A stretch of DNA of 64,000 bases from Eledone cirrhosa. Lineage: Eukaryota. This document shows positions 1 to 12,965 of this stretch, in pieces. How positions within the stretch are numbered: the first letter of the stretch is position 1; the number at the start of each line of letters is the position of its first letter. The notes beneath the pieces are model-generated. The model made no database searches. It was not told where the DNA came from and saw only the letters and a list, made by a program, of their open reading frames with translations. The stretch spans positions 124,186,001-124,250,000 of the forward strand of contig OZ024742.1 of NCBI GenBank assembly GCA_964016885.1. Direction: 5' to 3'. The translations under genes were made by a program, and so were the position numbers.

Positions 1-780
1 AAGAATCGGTATGCATGTAAAGACGCTGCTTGAAACTATTGGCGGTTAACCCTATGTAGGCCCTACGGGACGTGGGTGTTACAACCTTACATTTGTAGAC
101 AATGTTACTAGATAGGCATTTCCCGGATAGGGGGCAATCAGCCCGATTCCTACAATTACAGTTAGTACTAACTACAGGGTTGCACGTGTTCCTACGGCTA
201 GGTAGTTTAGCTAAATTTGAAGCTGTGATGTTATGTGCAAGGTTAGGAGTTGTAGAGCAAGACGTTTTAATAGTATTTCTATTAAAAAATTTACTATGTT
301 TATGTGTAGAGGGAAAATGCTTCGTAATAAGGGAAAGAAAGATCTTAGCTAATGGTGTGGCCACCTCCATATTATATGGTGGGTTAAACCAACAAATGCG
401 ACGGGATCTATTTCTTCTAGGTCTATTTTCGTACTCTGTATAAGCTACCTTATCGACAAATACACTTCGAGCAAGAGCTTCATTTTAATAAGTGGAATGG
501 TCGTTGAAAATGCGCTCGTTGGTGGAAAGACGGGAAAGCCTCAACGAAACGTTTTTTACCAGGTTCTTGGTTATGCTGGCAGGATGGTTGGAATGCTTAC
601 TTATGTAATTAAGCGTATCATTCGGCTTTCTATACGGGTAATACAACCCATTCAATAAATTGAGGGTAACGTCGAGGTAATTAACGACCGAGAGATTGGC
701 CTCAACCTGTATACAGAGGTTGAAGCCTTTAAAGAAGGCTGTGAGTTCTTTTCTGAACCTGTCGCAAGCACGAGGTCCGC
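1..780 (-). mobile_element. Penelope-like element (Naiad-type), 5'-truncated: RT C-terminus/thumb, CxCx5C linker and GIY-YIG start; runs off the window start
   Basis: Manual minus-strand translation: GPRACDRFRKELTAFFKGFNL...VNYLDVTLNLLNGLYYPYRKPND...HSNHPASITKN...RRICWFNPPYN...CNCRNRADCPLSGKCLSSNIVYKCKV...AYIGLTANSFKQR. One in-frame TAA at 485-487. Homologous to ORFs 32086-33631. Confidence 0.9.
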
Positions 781-786
781 ACTTAT

Positions 787-1290
787 TTTAGTCTACGACT
801 TCTGCTATACCATTTAGGTGGTTTTGTCTTTGCGTGCTATTGTTCTCCACGCTCCACATATGACTTATTATCTTCGTTTTTTCGTTCATTGCCAGAGAAC
901 GTCTCTATGCACCACCTAAGAGAACATTAGTCTACGACCTCTTTTATACCATACTCGTGGTTCTGTCTTTGCGCGTAATTGTATTTCACCGCTCCTATTA
1001 ATGACGTATTATTCGTTTTTTCCCGTTCTTTGCGAGCGAACGTTACCACGAACCAAAGTATCGTCTTCCTGTCTTCCTCCGGTTGCAACGTTTTTTGAAA
1101 TATCCAGTTCTGCGTTTACAGATTGACTTTGTTAGTTTCAGAAGATCCCGTTAAGGGTGAAAGCAGCGATTCTTTGCTTAAACTTTAATCTGTTATTTTA
1201 ATAAATATTTGCTCTACGGTTTCTATATATTTGATATATATTTTCCTTATCGAGCCCTCTTCGGATTTTAGTCTTCAATTTTATTACTAT

Positions 1291-1294
<4 letters not shown>
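787..1294 (+). repeat. Inverted pseudo-LTR/3'UTR-like segment abutting the PLE; contains a diverged ~140-bp tandem duplication and an HHR
   Basis: ttagtctacgac...gaacg unit at ~788 and ~927; HHR at 1134-1184; tail 1225-1294 recurs inverted at ~23241-23310; ends in (TA)n. Confidence 0.6.
1134..1184 (+). ncRNA. Type I hammerhead ribozyme, family H1 (core variant CAGAAGA)
   Basis: Stem I AGUUU/AAACU; core C(A)GAAGA; stem II U-CCC-GUUAA-GGG-U; GAAA; stem III AGCA/UGCU; CUU triplet with cleavage after 1179. Confidence 0.7.

Positions 1295-1372
<78 letters not shown>
1295..1372. repeat. (TA)n microsatellite
   Basis: Direct inspection. Confidence 0.95.
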
Positions 1373-1379
<7 letters not shown>

Positions 1380-1628
1380 CGTGTGTGTGTGTACCTAAAA
1401 GAGGTGATTATATTCCTGTATTCCACAATATTATTTGGCAAGCTGACAGAATCTCTATCGACAAAACTGAAAATATATATAGTGTCGGTTTTATTGCTAA
1501 TACATTTTTCATATACATAAGAACTACCATACAGCTACAGAAGAAAACCCAATAATATAAATAGTGAGAAATATTCTGAACCTTCCACATCCAAAACCCT
1601 TAGATTTACTTAAAGGACAATAAATTTG

Positions 1629-1702
<74 letters not shown>

Positions 1703-2958
1703 CCGAAAATTCTTAACCATGCACAGAATGCATCACCCTAAGGCAGAGATAGATAGAATATATCTTCCTAGGAAAGAAGGAGGACGTGGGTTAATCCAGT
1801 TAGACATTGCATTGAAAACTGCAACAATTGGATTATCCACATATCTAAGGGAATCACATGATTGGATGATCAAACTCGTTTTGAAACACGAAAGCACCAA
1901 AAGATCATATTCCATTACAAAAGATGCACAAAGATACAGTAATGGACTACAAATTTCAGAAGTCCCATTTACTGCTGAAATGGAAAACACAGAAAAAGCA
2001 AAGCAGGTAAAAGTAACTGCAAAGAAAGAACTGCTACAGAAACTGGCTAAGAAATGGCAAGAAAAGCCCTGTATGGAAAATACCCAGAGCGAGCTAACAA
2101 TCCTGATGTTGACAAAACTTTAACCCATCAGCGGTTGGCATCCTCTGGACTGAAATCGGAGACTAAAGGACTGATTATATCGGCACAACATCAGTGTCTG
2201 CCAACAAAAAATTACCAAGCCAACATAATAAAAAATGGGTGCAGCCCATTATGCCGTGTATGCAAAAAACAACCAGAGACCATTGACCATATAATTTCAA
2301 TGTGCAGTCCTATAGCTCCAACCGAATACCTAAACAAGCATGACAGAGCTGCACAATACATACATTGGATAATGTGTAAGCATTTTGACCTGCCCCATCA
2401 AAAGAATTGGTGGGAGCATCAACCACCTCCCATACTTGAAAAAGATCACATCTCAATCTTGTGGAACTTTAGCATCCAAACAGACCGAAAAATAGATGCA
2501 AATAGACCTGATATAATATTGAAGGACTTTCAAAGGAGGGTATGCCTACTAATTGATATGTCTGTTCCAATAGACAAGAATGTATCTATACAAACATTTG
2601 AAAAATTGAGCAAGTATAAGGACCTGGAGATAGAAATTGGAAAAATGTGGAAATTGAGAACTAAAACAATACCAGTGGTTGTAGGCGCTCTGGGAATGAT
2701 ACCTAAGGGGTCTAACGACTACTTATCGCAAATCCCAGGAAACCCGCGTATAGGAGAAATACAAAAGATAGTACTAATGGGAACTGCCCATATACTAAGG
2801 AAGATCCTGTCAATATAAGTACATCACAAGTCTAAACACTAAAGATGCATATGTGAATATGTATGTTCTTTCTTGAACATGGAGGACCTTGTTGTCTCTT
2901 GAGGTCACTGGTTGTGACTTGGTGATAACTCGTATAAACATAAAGCAAGATAAATGCA
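1703..2958 (+). mobile_element. R4/Dong-clade non-LTR retrotransposon, family A copy 1 (5'-truncated, 1-bp frameshift near 2067)
   Basis: DRIYLPRKEGGRGL, CCHC knuckle CRVCKKQPETIDHIISMC, RLE motif RPDIILKD...LIDMSVP...KLSKY; flanked by (TAA)n at 1633-1702 and 2959-2981. Confidence 0.9.
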
Positions 2959-3588
2959 AATAATAATAATAATAATAATAAGGGAAGAAGACACACATGG
3001 TGGATAGAAGGTCGAGAAATCGCTCCCGTAAGTTTTGATTTTTTTAACATATTTAAATCAATAGTGAAATAACAATTCTTAGTACAAATTTTGCATAAGA
3101 CATCCAGCTTGAGTCCCAAAAAATTCGGATCCACAATATATTGTTATATCGCTCAAATATTAAATTTTGTATTATACATTTTATATTCAAAAAGAAAATG
3201 GTTATAAATGGAAGGAAACCCCCTCTGTTTACACTATATAGAACAGCCAAATAACAGCAATCTCACCAACATCAGAAACTAGATACACCACCTACCCTAT
3301 CACCCATCTGTGTACACTAAACACAACAGCCCGATAACGGCAATTTCACCACCACCACCACCACCAATCTCAGCATAATAATAATAATTACTATTACTAT
3401 TGCCTCAAGTTTTAGTTTTAACAAAATGTTTAATTCCAATATTATGGAATTTATGTCAACACATATACGCGACTAACGATAATTTCACTAAAGATAATTT
3501 CACCACCAATACCACCACCACTACCAAGATGAAAACTCTGGTCAAGTCGACTCAAATTTCTACTCCAACTTCAACACCATCACTACAG

Positions 3589-4110
3589 TAATACGACCAC
3601 ATCACCACCACCGCTGCCTCACTATCGCTACCGCCACTATTCTCTCCCACTACCTCCTGCTAGCTGCTGCTAGCACAGCACCGCCACCGCTGCCGCTGCC
3701 TCAATATCACTACCGCCGCTATTCTCTCCCGCTACCCCCTGCTACATTGTATAATTCTCACTAAAAGAGGAAAACATCGAAATATATAAATAGACTGAAT
3801 TGATGACCAGATCAAAATAAAAATTAAAAAAACAAAACAATAATCAAAATCAAGTTTTAGTTTTAATAAAGTAATACGAACACATCACCACCACCGCTTC
3901 CTCACTATCGTTACTGCCGCTATTCCCTCCCACTACCTCTTGCTAGTTGCTGCTAGCACAGCACCGCCACCACCCCCGCCGCCGCTGCCTCAGTATCACT
4001 AGCGCCGCTATTCTCTCCCGCTATCCGCTGCTACATTGTAGAATTCCCACTAAAAGAGGAAAACATCAAAATATATAAATAGACTGAATTGTTGACCCGG
4101 TCAAAAACGA
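3589..4110. repeat. Diverged ~280-300-bp direct duplication, C-rich low complexity
   Basis: gtaatacga(c/a)cacatcaccaccaccgc...tagactgaattg unit at ~3588 and ~3871. Confidence 0.75.
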
Positions 4111-4299
4111 AAAAAAAAAAAAATCAAAATTAAAACAAACAGCAACAACGAAAAACGTAAAGGAAATAAAGATGAAGAGAAAAACAAACGGACGGTCAGA
4201 GAAGGGAAGGGAAAAACTAAGTCAGACATTCAAACACTACATTACAATGAAACTTATGCTTATTCATTTTTGGGGTTTTTTCTGCCTGTTTGTTTGTTT

Positions 4300-7200
4300 G
4301 TTTGGGTTCGTCTACAGCGTGATAATGCCACACAAAAGTCTCGTGGAGTGACGAAACCACCGGAGACAAGTAATTCACCGGTGGTTATGTAACCATACAT
4401 TCGCCAATCCTCGATAAGAGTGTTTAAATGTCGAACCTAAACAGTTCGAATAACGGTGAAATGGAGACTAGAATGTCATGTGACAGACTCTCACCCAACA
4501 GGTGCTCCCTGGCTCAGCAGCAGGGACCTGGCTCTCAACCAAATACTGCTGGTGTCGGAGGAAGAAGAAGAAGGAAAGGGACCAGAACCAACTGGACGAA
4601 AGAATTGAATAGAACTGTTATGCAATGTTACCTGAAGAGTAACCCCAAGGAGAAAGGCTATAGGAAAAGGATGCATAATATCTGAAACGAGATTGGTCCA
4701 TTTAAATTAGATGAACAAAAACTGGCCGGGCAGGCTCGGGTAATAATAACTAATGGGTGGATAAGCGAGCTGGAACTGGAGAAACTGGGCAGAGAGATTA
4801 GCTTGGAGATGGAGGGTGGAGTATGCCAGGCAAACGAGCCAATGGGAAATGAAGGTGAAGAGGTCGAGAGAACGGAGGAACCACCCGAAACAGACAATGA
4901 TCTGAATGCTGAGATAAATAATACCTGGAACAGAGATACGGCCACTGAGGAGATGAATGCTCACGGGCTAGGACAAGATTTGGTAGATATCCTAAACTTA
5001 GTGGTAGATAAATTGAACAATGATAGTGGGAGACCTATGAACCTAAGATTTGTAGACAGGAAAAAGTTAAAAGAAACAACAGCTGAGGTAAACAAAGTCA
5101 TCCCATACCTTGAGGCGAGGAGCCTTCACCAGTGCAACAATATCCTCAAAGCAACAGCAAATACGGTGAGGAAACTACTTGGTATAAAAGCGAGAGGAAA
5201 CAACAGGCAAGAAAGAGCAGAGCCTTGGGGGAAGAAACGACTGAGTGGTCAAATCAGGGAAATTCGAAATGACATTGGAAAGCTTGAGTCCCTACAGAAT
5301 GGGACACTAAAAAACATAGACACTAAAAATAGAGTGGAAATAAAGTACAAAACTAGGAGGAAAAAGCTAAATATTATCATAGAGGAACTGAAGCAACGCA
5401 TTGTAGCAAAAAGTGCAAAAATCAGGCGATACAAGAACAGAGTCAGCCAGTATAGACAGAACCGCATGTTCGACAACAACCAGAAGATGTTGTTTTGACA
5501 GCTTGAAGGGAAAGAAAGAGGCAACGACTTGATCCCTGAGGCGGAACAAACTAAAACATTCTGGAGAGGAATATGGGAGCAGGATGTTAAACATAATGAC
5601 CAGGCAGCGTGGATTGAGACAGTACAGAAGGAGATCAGTGAACAGGCACGCCAACAAACTGATTTGAGTATCACAGTTGAAACTCTTAAGGGGCAGGCCA
5701 AAAAACTAACCAACTGGAAATCACCTGGCCCAGATGGTGTGCAGGGGTATTGGATTAAAAACATAACATCCCTCCACCCGAAACTGACAACCATGTTCAA
5801 TGACTGCTTGATGTCAGGTGAGGTACCAGAGTGGTTGACAAAAGGTACCACAGTTCTGATAATGAAAGACCGAATCAAGGGTAATGATGTTACCAACTAT
5901 AGACCTATCACATGTCTCTCCGTAATGTGGAAACTGTTGACAAGTATTATGTCTGAGGAAATCTACCATCACCTCCACACACCGGACGAACAGAAAGGAT
6001 GCCAAAAGAAGTCACGTGGTACAAAGGACCAGTTACTTATTGATAAGATGGTAATGAGGAATTGCAAGAGAAGACACACTGGTCTTGCCATGGGATGGAT
6101 AGACTACAAAAAGGCATTTGACATGGTACCTCATTCTTGGATCACCAAAAGCCTGGAGATCTTCAAGGTGGCAGATAACATCAGGCAGTTGTTGGGCAAA
6201 AGTATGAAGTCCTGGGAAACAGAGTTAACATCAACTGGAGAATCCTTGGGAAGCGTGAAGATCAATGAGGTATCTTCCAGGGAGGTAGTCTGTCCCCTCT
6301 GTGGTTTGTCCTTGCCCTCATGCCCCTGACCAGTGTACTGCGAAAAGTGAGAGCAGGATACAGGTTGGGAAAGGGAGGGCTTACCATCAATCACCTCCAC
6401 TTCATGGACGATCTTAAGCTCTTCGGGAAGAGTGAGAAGGAGTTGGATGTGCTTGTTGACACTGTCCGTATTTTCAGCAATGATATATGTATGCAATTTG
6501 GTATTAGTAAGTGTGGAGTCATTGTGATGAGGAGGGGTAAGTTGATAAGAAGTAACGGAATCCAGATACCAACAGGTGAGATGATAAAAGAAATTGACTC
6601 TGAAGAACGATACAAGTATTTGGGCGTTCTGGAGGCTGATGATATAAAGAACAAAAAAATGAAGGAATTGATAAGAACTGAATTTCTTCGGAGAGTAAGG
6701 AGCGTATTAAAGTCACATCTGAACAGTAGGAATGCCATAAGTGCAGTAAATTCCCGAGCTGTGTCTATTATTAGGTACAGTGCGGGAATTCCGAGATGGA
6801 ATGTTGCTGAACAAAAGGAAATGGATAGGAAGACTAGGAACCTATTGACTATCTTCAATATGTTCCACAAGAGGAGTGACGTCGATAGACTCTACTTAAG
6901 GAGATCTGAGAGTGGAAGAGGTATTATCAGCATAGAGGACTGTGTTCAGATGGAGAAAAACAACCTACACAAATACGTGACTGATAGTAAGGAGCCAATG
7001 CTCAGAGCTGTACTGAAGGAGGTGACAATAGGCCAGGGGATGTCCAAGGAGGAAATAACATCAAGGAGAAAGAGCAGCCTTCAGGAAAAATCCCTTCATA
7101 GTACCTTCTTTGAGAAAACTGAATTTAGAGATCCACAGGCATGGAACTGGTTGAAAAGAGGAGACCTTAAAAAGGCTACAGAAGGAATGTTAATGGCTGC

Positions 7201-7915
7201 GCAGGAGCAGGCCCTCAAAACGTAGTGGTTGAAACACCACATTTACAAGGAGGAGGCTAGCCCACTGTGCAGGATCTGTGGAGAGAGAGAGGAGACTGTG
7301 GCTCACATTGTATCCGATTGTAAACACCTAGCCCAGACTCACTATAAGGGCTGGAGACATGATGTGATGGGCAGGGTGATCCACTGGCACCTATGCAAAG
7401 TAAACAATTTACCACATTCTGAGAAGTGGTATGAGCATAAGCCAGAGGCGGTGATAGAAAACGATCAGGTGAAGGTGCTGTGGGATTTTAGGATACAGAC
7501 GGACAACAAACTGGAACACAATAGACCTGACCTGGTGGTTTTGGACAAAGAAAAAAGATCGTGCCTGATTGTGGATGTGGCCTGCTCATTCGACACGAGA
7601 GTGCAAGAGAAGGAGAGGGAGAAAATTAACCGATACCAGGACTTAAAGTGGGAGGTAAAAAGGATTTGGAACTGCCATGAAGTCAAAGTGATCCCGATTG
7701 TCATAGGCGCACTAGGGACTATCTCAAAAAGTTTCCAGGGATGGTTAAAGAAAATTGGCCCCTTCACGCTTTTTGGAACGCTTCAAAAGGCATGCTTGCT
7801 GGGAACAGCAAGAACCCTCCGATACGTCCTGAATATCTGAGGCTGCAGGTAGTGGCTTGATATTCATCTCAACAGACTTTCCAGTTAACTAACATCAATG
7901 ACTGAGACTCAAAGA

Positions 7916-7916
<1 letters not shown>
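4300..7916 (+). mobile_element. Near full-length R4/Dong-clade non-LTR retrotransposon, family B (single RT-RLE ORF, disabled)
   Basis: One frame from ATG 4428, interrupted by TGA 4683, TGA 5496, a frameshift near 6266 and TAG 7223, ending 7840. Motifs WTKELN...KGYRKRM, KSPGPDG, NYRPITCL, WIDYKKAFDMVPH, HFMDDLKL, YKYLG, CRICGEREETVAHIVSDC, RHD, RPDLVVLD...IVDVACSFD. 3' end runs into (TAA)n 7917-7959. Confidence 0.93.
4428..7840 (+). pseudogene. Reverse transcriptase + CCHC + restriction-like endonuclease polyprotein (3 stops, 1 frameshift)
   Basis: Track ORFs 4428-4685, 4803-5498 and 5529-6329 share one frame; 6320-7225 and 7229-7840 share the next frame. Confidence 0.9.
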
Positions 7917-7959
<43 letters not shown>

Positions 7960-9133
7960 CCGGGTTAATCCAGTTAGACATTGCGTTGAATACTGCAACA
8001 ATTGGATTATCCACATATCTAAGGGAATCACATGATTGGATGATCAAACTCGTTTTGAAACACGAAAGCACCAAAAGATCATATTCCATTACAAAAGATG
8101 CACAAAGATACAGTAATGGACTACAAATTTCAGAAGTCCCATTTACTGCTGAAATGGAAAACACAGAAAAAGCAAAGCAGGTAAAAGTAACTGCAAAGAA
8201 AGAACTGCTACAGAAACTGGCTAAGAAATGGCAAGAAAAGCCTCTGTATGGAAAATACCCAGAGCGAGCTAACAATCCTGATGTTGACAAAACTTTAACC
8301 CATCAGTGGTTGGCATCCTCTGGACTGAAATCGGAGACTGAAGGACTGATTATATCCGTACAAGATCAGTGTCTGCCAACAAAAAATTACCAAGCCAACA
8401 TAATAAAAAATGGGTGCAGCCCATTATGCCGTGTATGCAAAAAACAACCAGAGACCATTGACCATATAATTTCAATGTGCAGTCCTATAGCTCCAACCGA
8501 ATACCTAAACAGGCATGACAGAGCTGCACAATACATACATTGGATAATGTGTAAGCATTTTGACCTGCCCCATCAAAAGAATTGGTGGGAGCATCAACCA
8601 CCTCCCATACTTGAAAAAGATCACATCTCAATCTTGTGGAACTTTAGCATCCAAACAGACCGAAAAATAGATGCAAATAGACCTGATATAATATTGAAGG
8701 ACTTTCAAAGGAGGGTATGCCTGCTAATTGATATGTCTGTTCCAATAGACAAGAATGTATCTATAAAAACATTTGAAAAATTGAGCAAGTATAAGGACCT
8801 GGAGATAGAAATTGGAAAAATGTGGAAATTGAGAACTAAAACAATACCAGTGGTTGTAGGCGCTCTGGGAATGATACCTAAGGGGTCTAACGACTACTTA
8901 TCGCAAATCCCAGGAAACCCGCGTATAGGAGAAATACAAAAGATAGTACTAATGGGAACTGCCCATATACTAAGGAAGATCCTGTCAATATAAGTACATC
9001 ACAAGTCTAAACACTAAGGATGCATGTGTGAATATGTGTGTTCTTTCTTGAACATGGCGGACCTTGTTGTCTCTTGAGGTCACTGGTTGTGACTTGGTGA
9101 TAACTCGTATAAACATAAAGCAAGATAAATGCA
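7960..9133 (+). mobile_element. R4/Dong family A copy 2 (5'-truncated; uninterrupted C-terminal ORF 7986-8993)
   Basis: Near-identical to 1789-2958; CCHC, RHD and RLE motifs; (TAA)n on both sides (7917-7959, 9134-9168). Confidence 0.92.
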
Positions 9134-9169
<36 letters not shown>

Positions 9170-9369
9170 CCCTTTATCAGAGTTATTTGCCCATCCACAT
9201 AAACTTCAAGTAGAATCAGTTAATACATTTTAGACAGAGTAATACCTGATTTGAAATGAAAACTCAGCTTATCGTTGTGGAACAACCACGACGAAATATT
9301 AACTCCAAGTAAAAATGAATTAAATTTTATACAATTCGATATAAATAATTATTCCTCTTCTTTCTATAA

Positions 9370-9710
9370 CTCGGTGATGCTCTCGTCCAAAGAAAACATG
9401 CCTACTGATTGATGTATCAATCCCGACTGGCGACAACATTTCTTAGAAGTAAATTGAGAAACTATCCAAATATAAATATGTAGAGATAGAAATAAGCCGA
9501 ATGTGGATGTTGAAGACAGAAACAATACCTATAAATGTAGGTGCTCCGGGAATGATAACATCTCGCAGACCGATACATAACCCACAGCTCCAGGACTCAC
9601 AAATATATACAACATACAAAAATAGCACTAATAGACACGAAAAAACAAGATCAAAACCCACACTGCACATACCCAAGGCACACATAGCTGCGTTCGGTAA
9701 GCACTGATAA
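9370..9710 (+). mobile_element. Degenerate R4/Dong RLE fragment (third family)
   Basis: Translates as CLLIDVSIPTGDNIS*K*IEKLSKYKYVEIEISRMWMLKTETIPINVGAPGMI, matching the family A C-terminus; followed by degenerate (TAA)n. Confidence 0.8.
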
Positions 9711-10124
9711 CGCACAAAATAACAATAATAATGATAATAATGATAACAACAAAAACAATAACATACCTAAACCGAACCATTGTTCACTTCTCGATAAGAC
9801 AAAGAAAATATTTAATAAGCGTAGAGATAACCACATACCTATTGAATATGAACATAATGGAACACACATAAAGCGCATAAAAATAGTAACAGTACAAATA
9901 TTAACAACCATGATTATAATAAGTGTAGCCGTGAAAAGAATAACTACAATAATAAAGTACACAATCACTTTAATAACCTAGATAGCAGACTCATCCAAAG
10001 TAGAACAAGATATGACCATAAATCTAAGGTTTTTATTAACACTAAAGAACCTAATCGTAATATTATTAAAGATAACCTGTTAAAACCTAAACCAGCTTGA
10101 CTACCGCCAAGAATTCATAAATCA

Positions 10125-10229
10125 ACTCGCAGAAAATCCGCCACAAGGTTCAACCCACCATTTATCAGAAATATTGCTTCTAACATACCTAAACTGTTTT
10201 TCAATATCTTGGCAAACGGTTTCTCTCCA
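10125..10229 (+). mobile_element. Penelope-like (Naiad-type) thumb/linker fragment
   Basis: TRRKSATRFNPPFIRNIASNIPKLFFNILANGFSP aligns with RNIIWFAPPFSLNIKTHMAKLFFKALDNRFP of the 32-kb element. Confidence 0.65.
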
Positions 10230-10669
10230 GCCCGCCGCTACTATACAATACTTAATATGAATACTTTTGGAATATCTAACTGTTATATGGCCACGTATTA
10301 CTTATATAATTGTATAGTGGAAGCATGAATGATATAATAATAACATTTTATAAAGTTATGTTATATTGTGTCGTATTACCTCATATAATGTTTTGCTATA
10401 TGAGTTGTCTTACTATTGTCTTATATTCGATTATCTATTATACAATGTGTCAAGTTATATTGTATGTTGTATATTATATTATGTGATACGTAATTATTAA
10501 AAAACTATTATTGACATACTACGTTGATAAACACGCTCTTAAACAATCAACTCGAACTGTATCTTGATAATTAATTCACTAGATAATTGTATAAATGATA
10601 TGGAACACTATAAATCAGAACTTTTGTTTAATAGTCGCCATTAACAGAATCAAACACAGCGAGACTAAA

Positions 10670-11900
10670 AAAGACACCGTTTTATTAATATTGAATTTAC
10701 CGCGGGAAGTATAAGTGGTTAGACACTCACGGGAGAGCTGAGGAGCAGAAGGTCTTCAGAGAAGATACACCCTCAAGTGAGTGTCTCGCCCCTTAAATTC
10801 TTACACTCTAAGTGAGCCGGGCCGTATCCACGATATGACACCTGAGTAGCCTTCTGCTGACATTTAGCCATTTGCATATAGAAGACTGGTTTTGTACTTA
10901 AACCATAGGGGGATTTTGTTCATAGGATCTAGCTGGAACTCCTTGCCGTTTTTAAATGTAAACGCTTTCTTGAATTGGAAAAATAACATTGGTAGCCACG
11001 GTAGCGGTGAGAGCTCAACACTATCACCGCCGCCACTAACAGTGCACACCACGACCGACGAACAAATAAATCCAATGACATGCGCTAAAATAGAAATACG
11101 ACACCTCTCACGTGGTATGGATGGAATTTTTGTTCTTCCTCGACCACATCCAGCTGGAACTCCTTTCCGCTGCCTCTGATAATGCATTTAGAGCTTTGGT
11201 CCTTGTCATCACAGAGACTAAACGTTGTTTAATGAGGCTGTAGGCAGATTCGCCCACAACACCTCTGGCTTCAACCTCTATGGCGAGAACAATGACTCGA
11301 ATGTCAGCTTCCTTCAGGCTGTTGGCCAAACTGGCATATCTTTCGGTCTTGAATATCTGTGCTTCGTCTAATCTATTTTCAAACAGCATATTAATTCAAC
11401 CAACATCAGCTGCTTTGATAAACTGGGAGGGAGTACGTTATCCGACTTCAAACGACACTTACTGTTATCTCTTTATTTTGCTGATCCAGGGATGTTTGCT
11501 GTGCACTTCCAGAAGATTCGCACTACTCAGAAGATTCGATCCTTGTTCACTAAATGTTCCTCGCCATTATTTGCTGCCTCCTACGGTATAGAATGTTGTT
11601 CGAGATTCTCGTAATAGGGAATTTACTTTTGCCGTAATTATCACACGAAGAATCTTCTTCAGCACTTGATTGTATCTCCAGGTGTATCTACGCTGGGCTA
11701 GTGGTACTGAGAACGTTTCCCACTGTCTATCTATCCTGGCAGAGTGGCCACTCTGGGTTATCTGATTTTCCCCACATGACTATATTCATATTCCAGTGCA
11801 GGCGAACATTGACAGATCTGTGGTGAAAAGTGATTCCGAGAGAGGCCGTATGCCACAAGTCATTCCAACTGAGATACTTTTTGGAGTGCACATTCCCACA
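10670..11900 (-). mobile_element. Hero/R2-like RLE non-LTR retrotransposon 3' fragment with 3'UTR
   Basis: Minus strand: LSWNDLWH, WGKSDNPEWPLCQ, LAQRRYTWRYNQVLK, and C-terminus KTERYASL...AIEVEARGVVGES...KALNALSEAAERSSSWMWSRK, typical of the Hero clade. Confidence 0.78.
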
Positions 11901-12730
11901 CAGTCCATTGGCACTTTTGATTCTGATGAATTGCCTGAAATATTTTAACGTTTTAAAATCCGAGTTATGAAGACAGTTTGATGAATGCGGCCAATTCACC
12001 TCTCCACACAACTGTACATTAGTACAATATTAATATTAATAGTAATTTAGGTATGCTTCGTATCTATGTATATATTCATTGTATGTGCTAAATGTTTGCT
12101 ATTGCATCTTCAATAATGTTTACTCCTGCAAATACTTTTCTAACTGTATAATTAAAATTAATAACATTACGAATAATATTGAAATAAGGCCGTTTATCTC
12201 AAACTACTTGCTGCTGCCTCTTAAATAATTTCCACTCCCTCAAATCTAGCAACAAATATTATTCTAAGTGTACAAGGAAAACAATTAATAACATTGTAAA
12301 TAATAATGAAAGTACCACGTACTATAATTTTGTACGTTCCTACAACTCCGTGTACAAAATATGTTTTATATATATATTTAATTGCTTACTGTTCACTCAG
12401 TGTTTGATGTGTACTCTATTCTTAATAATATTTGAACTTGTTAAACATTGTTAGGTCTAACATCTGAAGAAATGCAGTTATATGTATTACTAGACCACCT
12501 GTGACTCGTTTGGTAGTTAGGTAAGAGCTTTTAACATTTTGGTTAAGGATTCTATGGTACTTATGTTTGGGTGGGAAGTTTTTCTCTAAGATGCCGAAGA
12601 AGATGTTTAGGGATATTAGAGGTAACTCATACTCTTGGAGTATGGAGGAAGATACCATGAAATATTATGGCAGCGTCTTCTACGTGGTGCTCTGAGGTTG
12701 GCGCAGTCATTAATGCCGTAATGGGTATTA

Positions 12731-12777
12731 TTCCTGAAGAGCCCGTTAAGGGTGAAAGCACCGATTCTTTGCTTGAA
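12731..12777 (+). ncRNA. Type I hammerhead ribozyme, family H1 (intact core)
   Basis: UUC-CUGAAGA-GCCC GUUAA GGGU-GAAA-GCA...UGC-UU/GAA; homologous to 1134-1184 including the downstream AT-rich tail. Confidence 0.8.
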
Positions 12778-12896
12778 CCTTAATCTATTATTTTAATAAA
12801 TATACAAATATATAAATATTTATATATATGTATATATATTTATATATATATATATATACATACATACATACATACATCTATGCATATGTATATATA

Positions 12897-12960
<64 letters not shown>

Positions 12961-12965
<5 letters not shown>

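Noticed and set aside
4683-5498. Two in-frame TGA codons in the R4/Dong ORF as possible selenocysteine or readthrough
   Set aside because: Contexts fit TGG>TGA and CGA>TGA decay; the copy also has a TAG and a frameshift.
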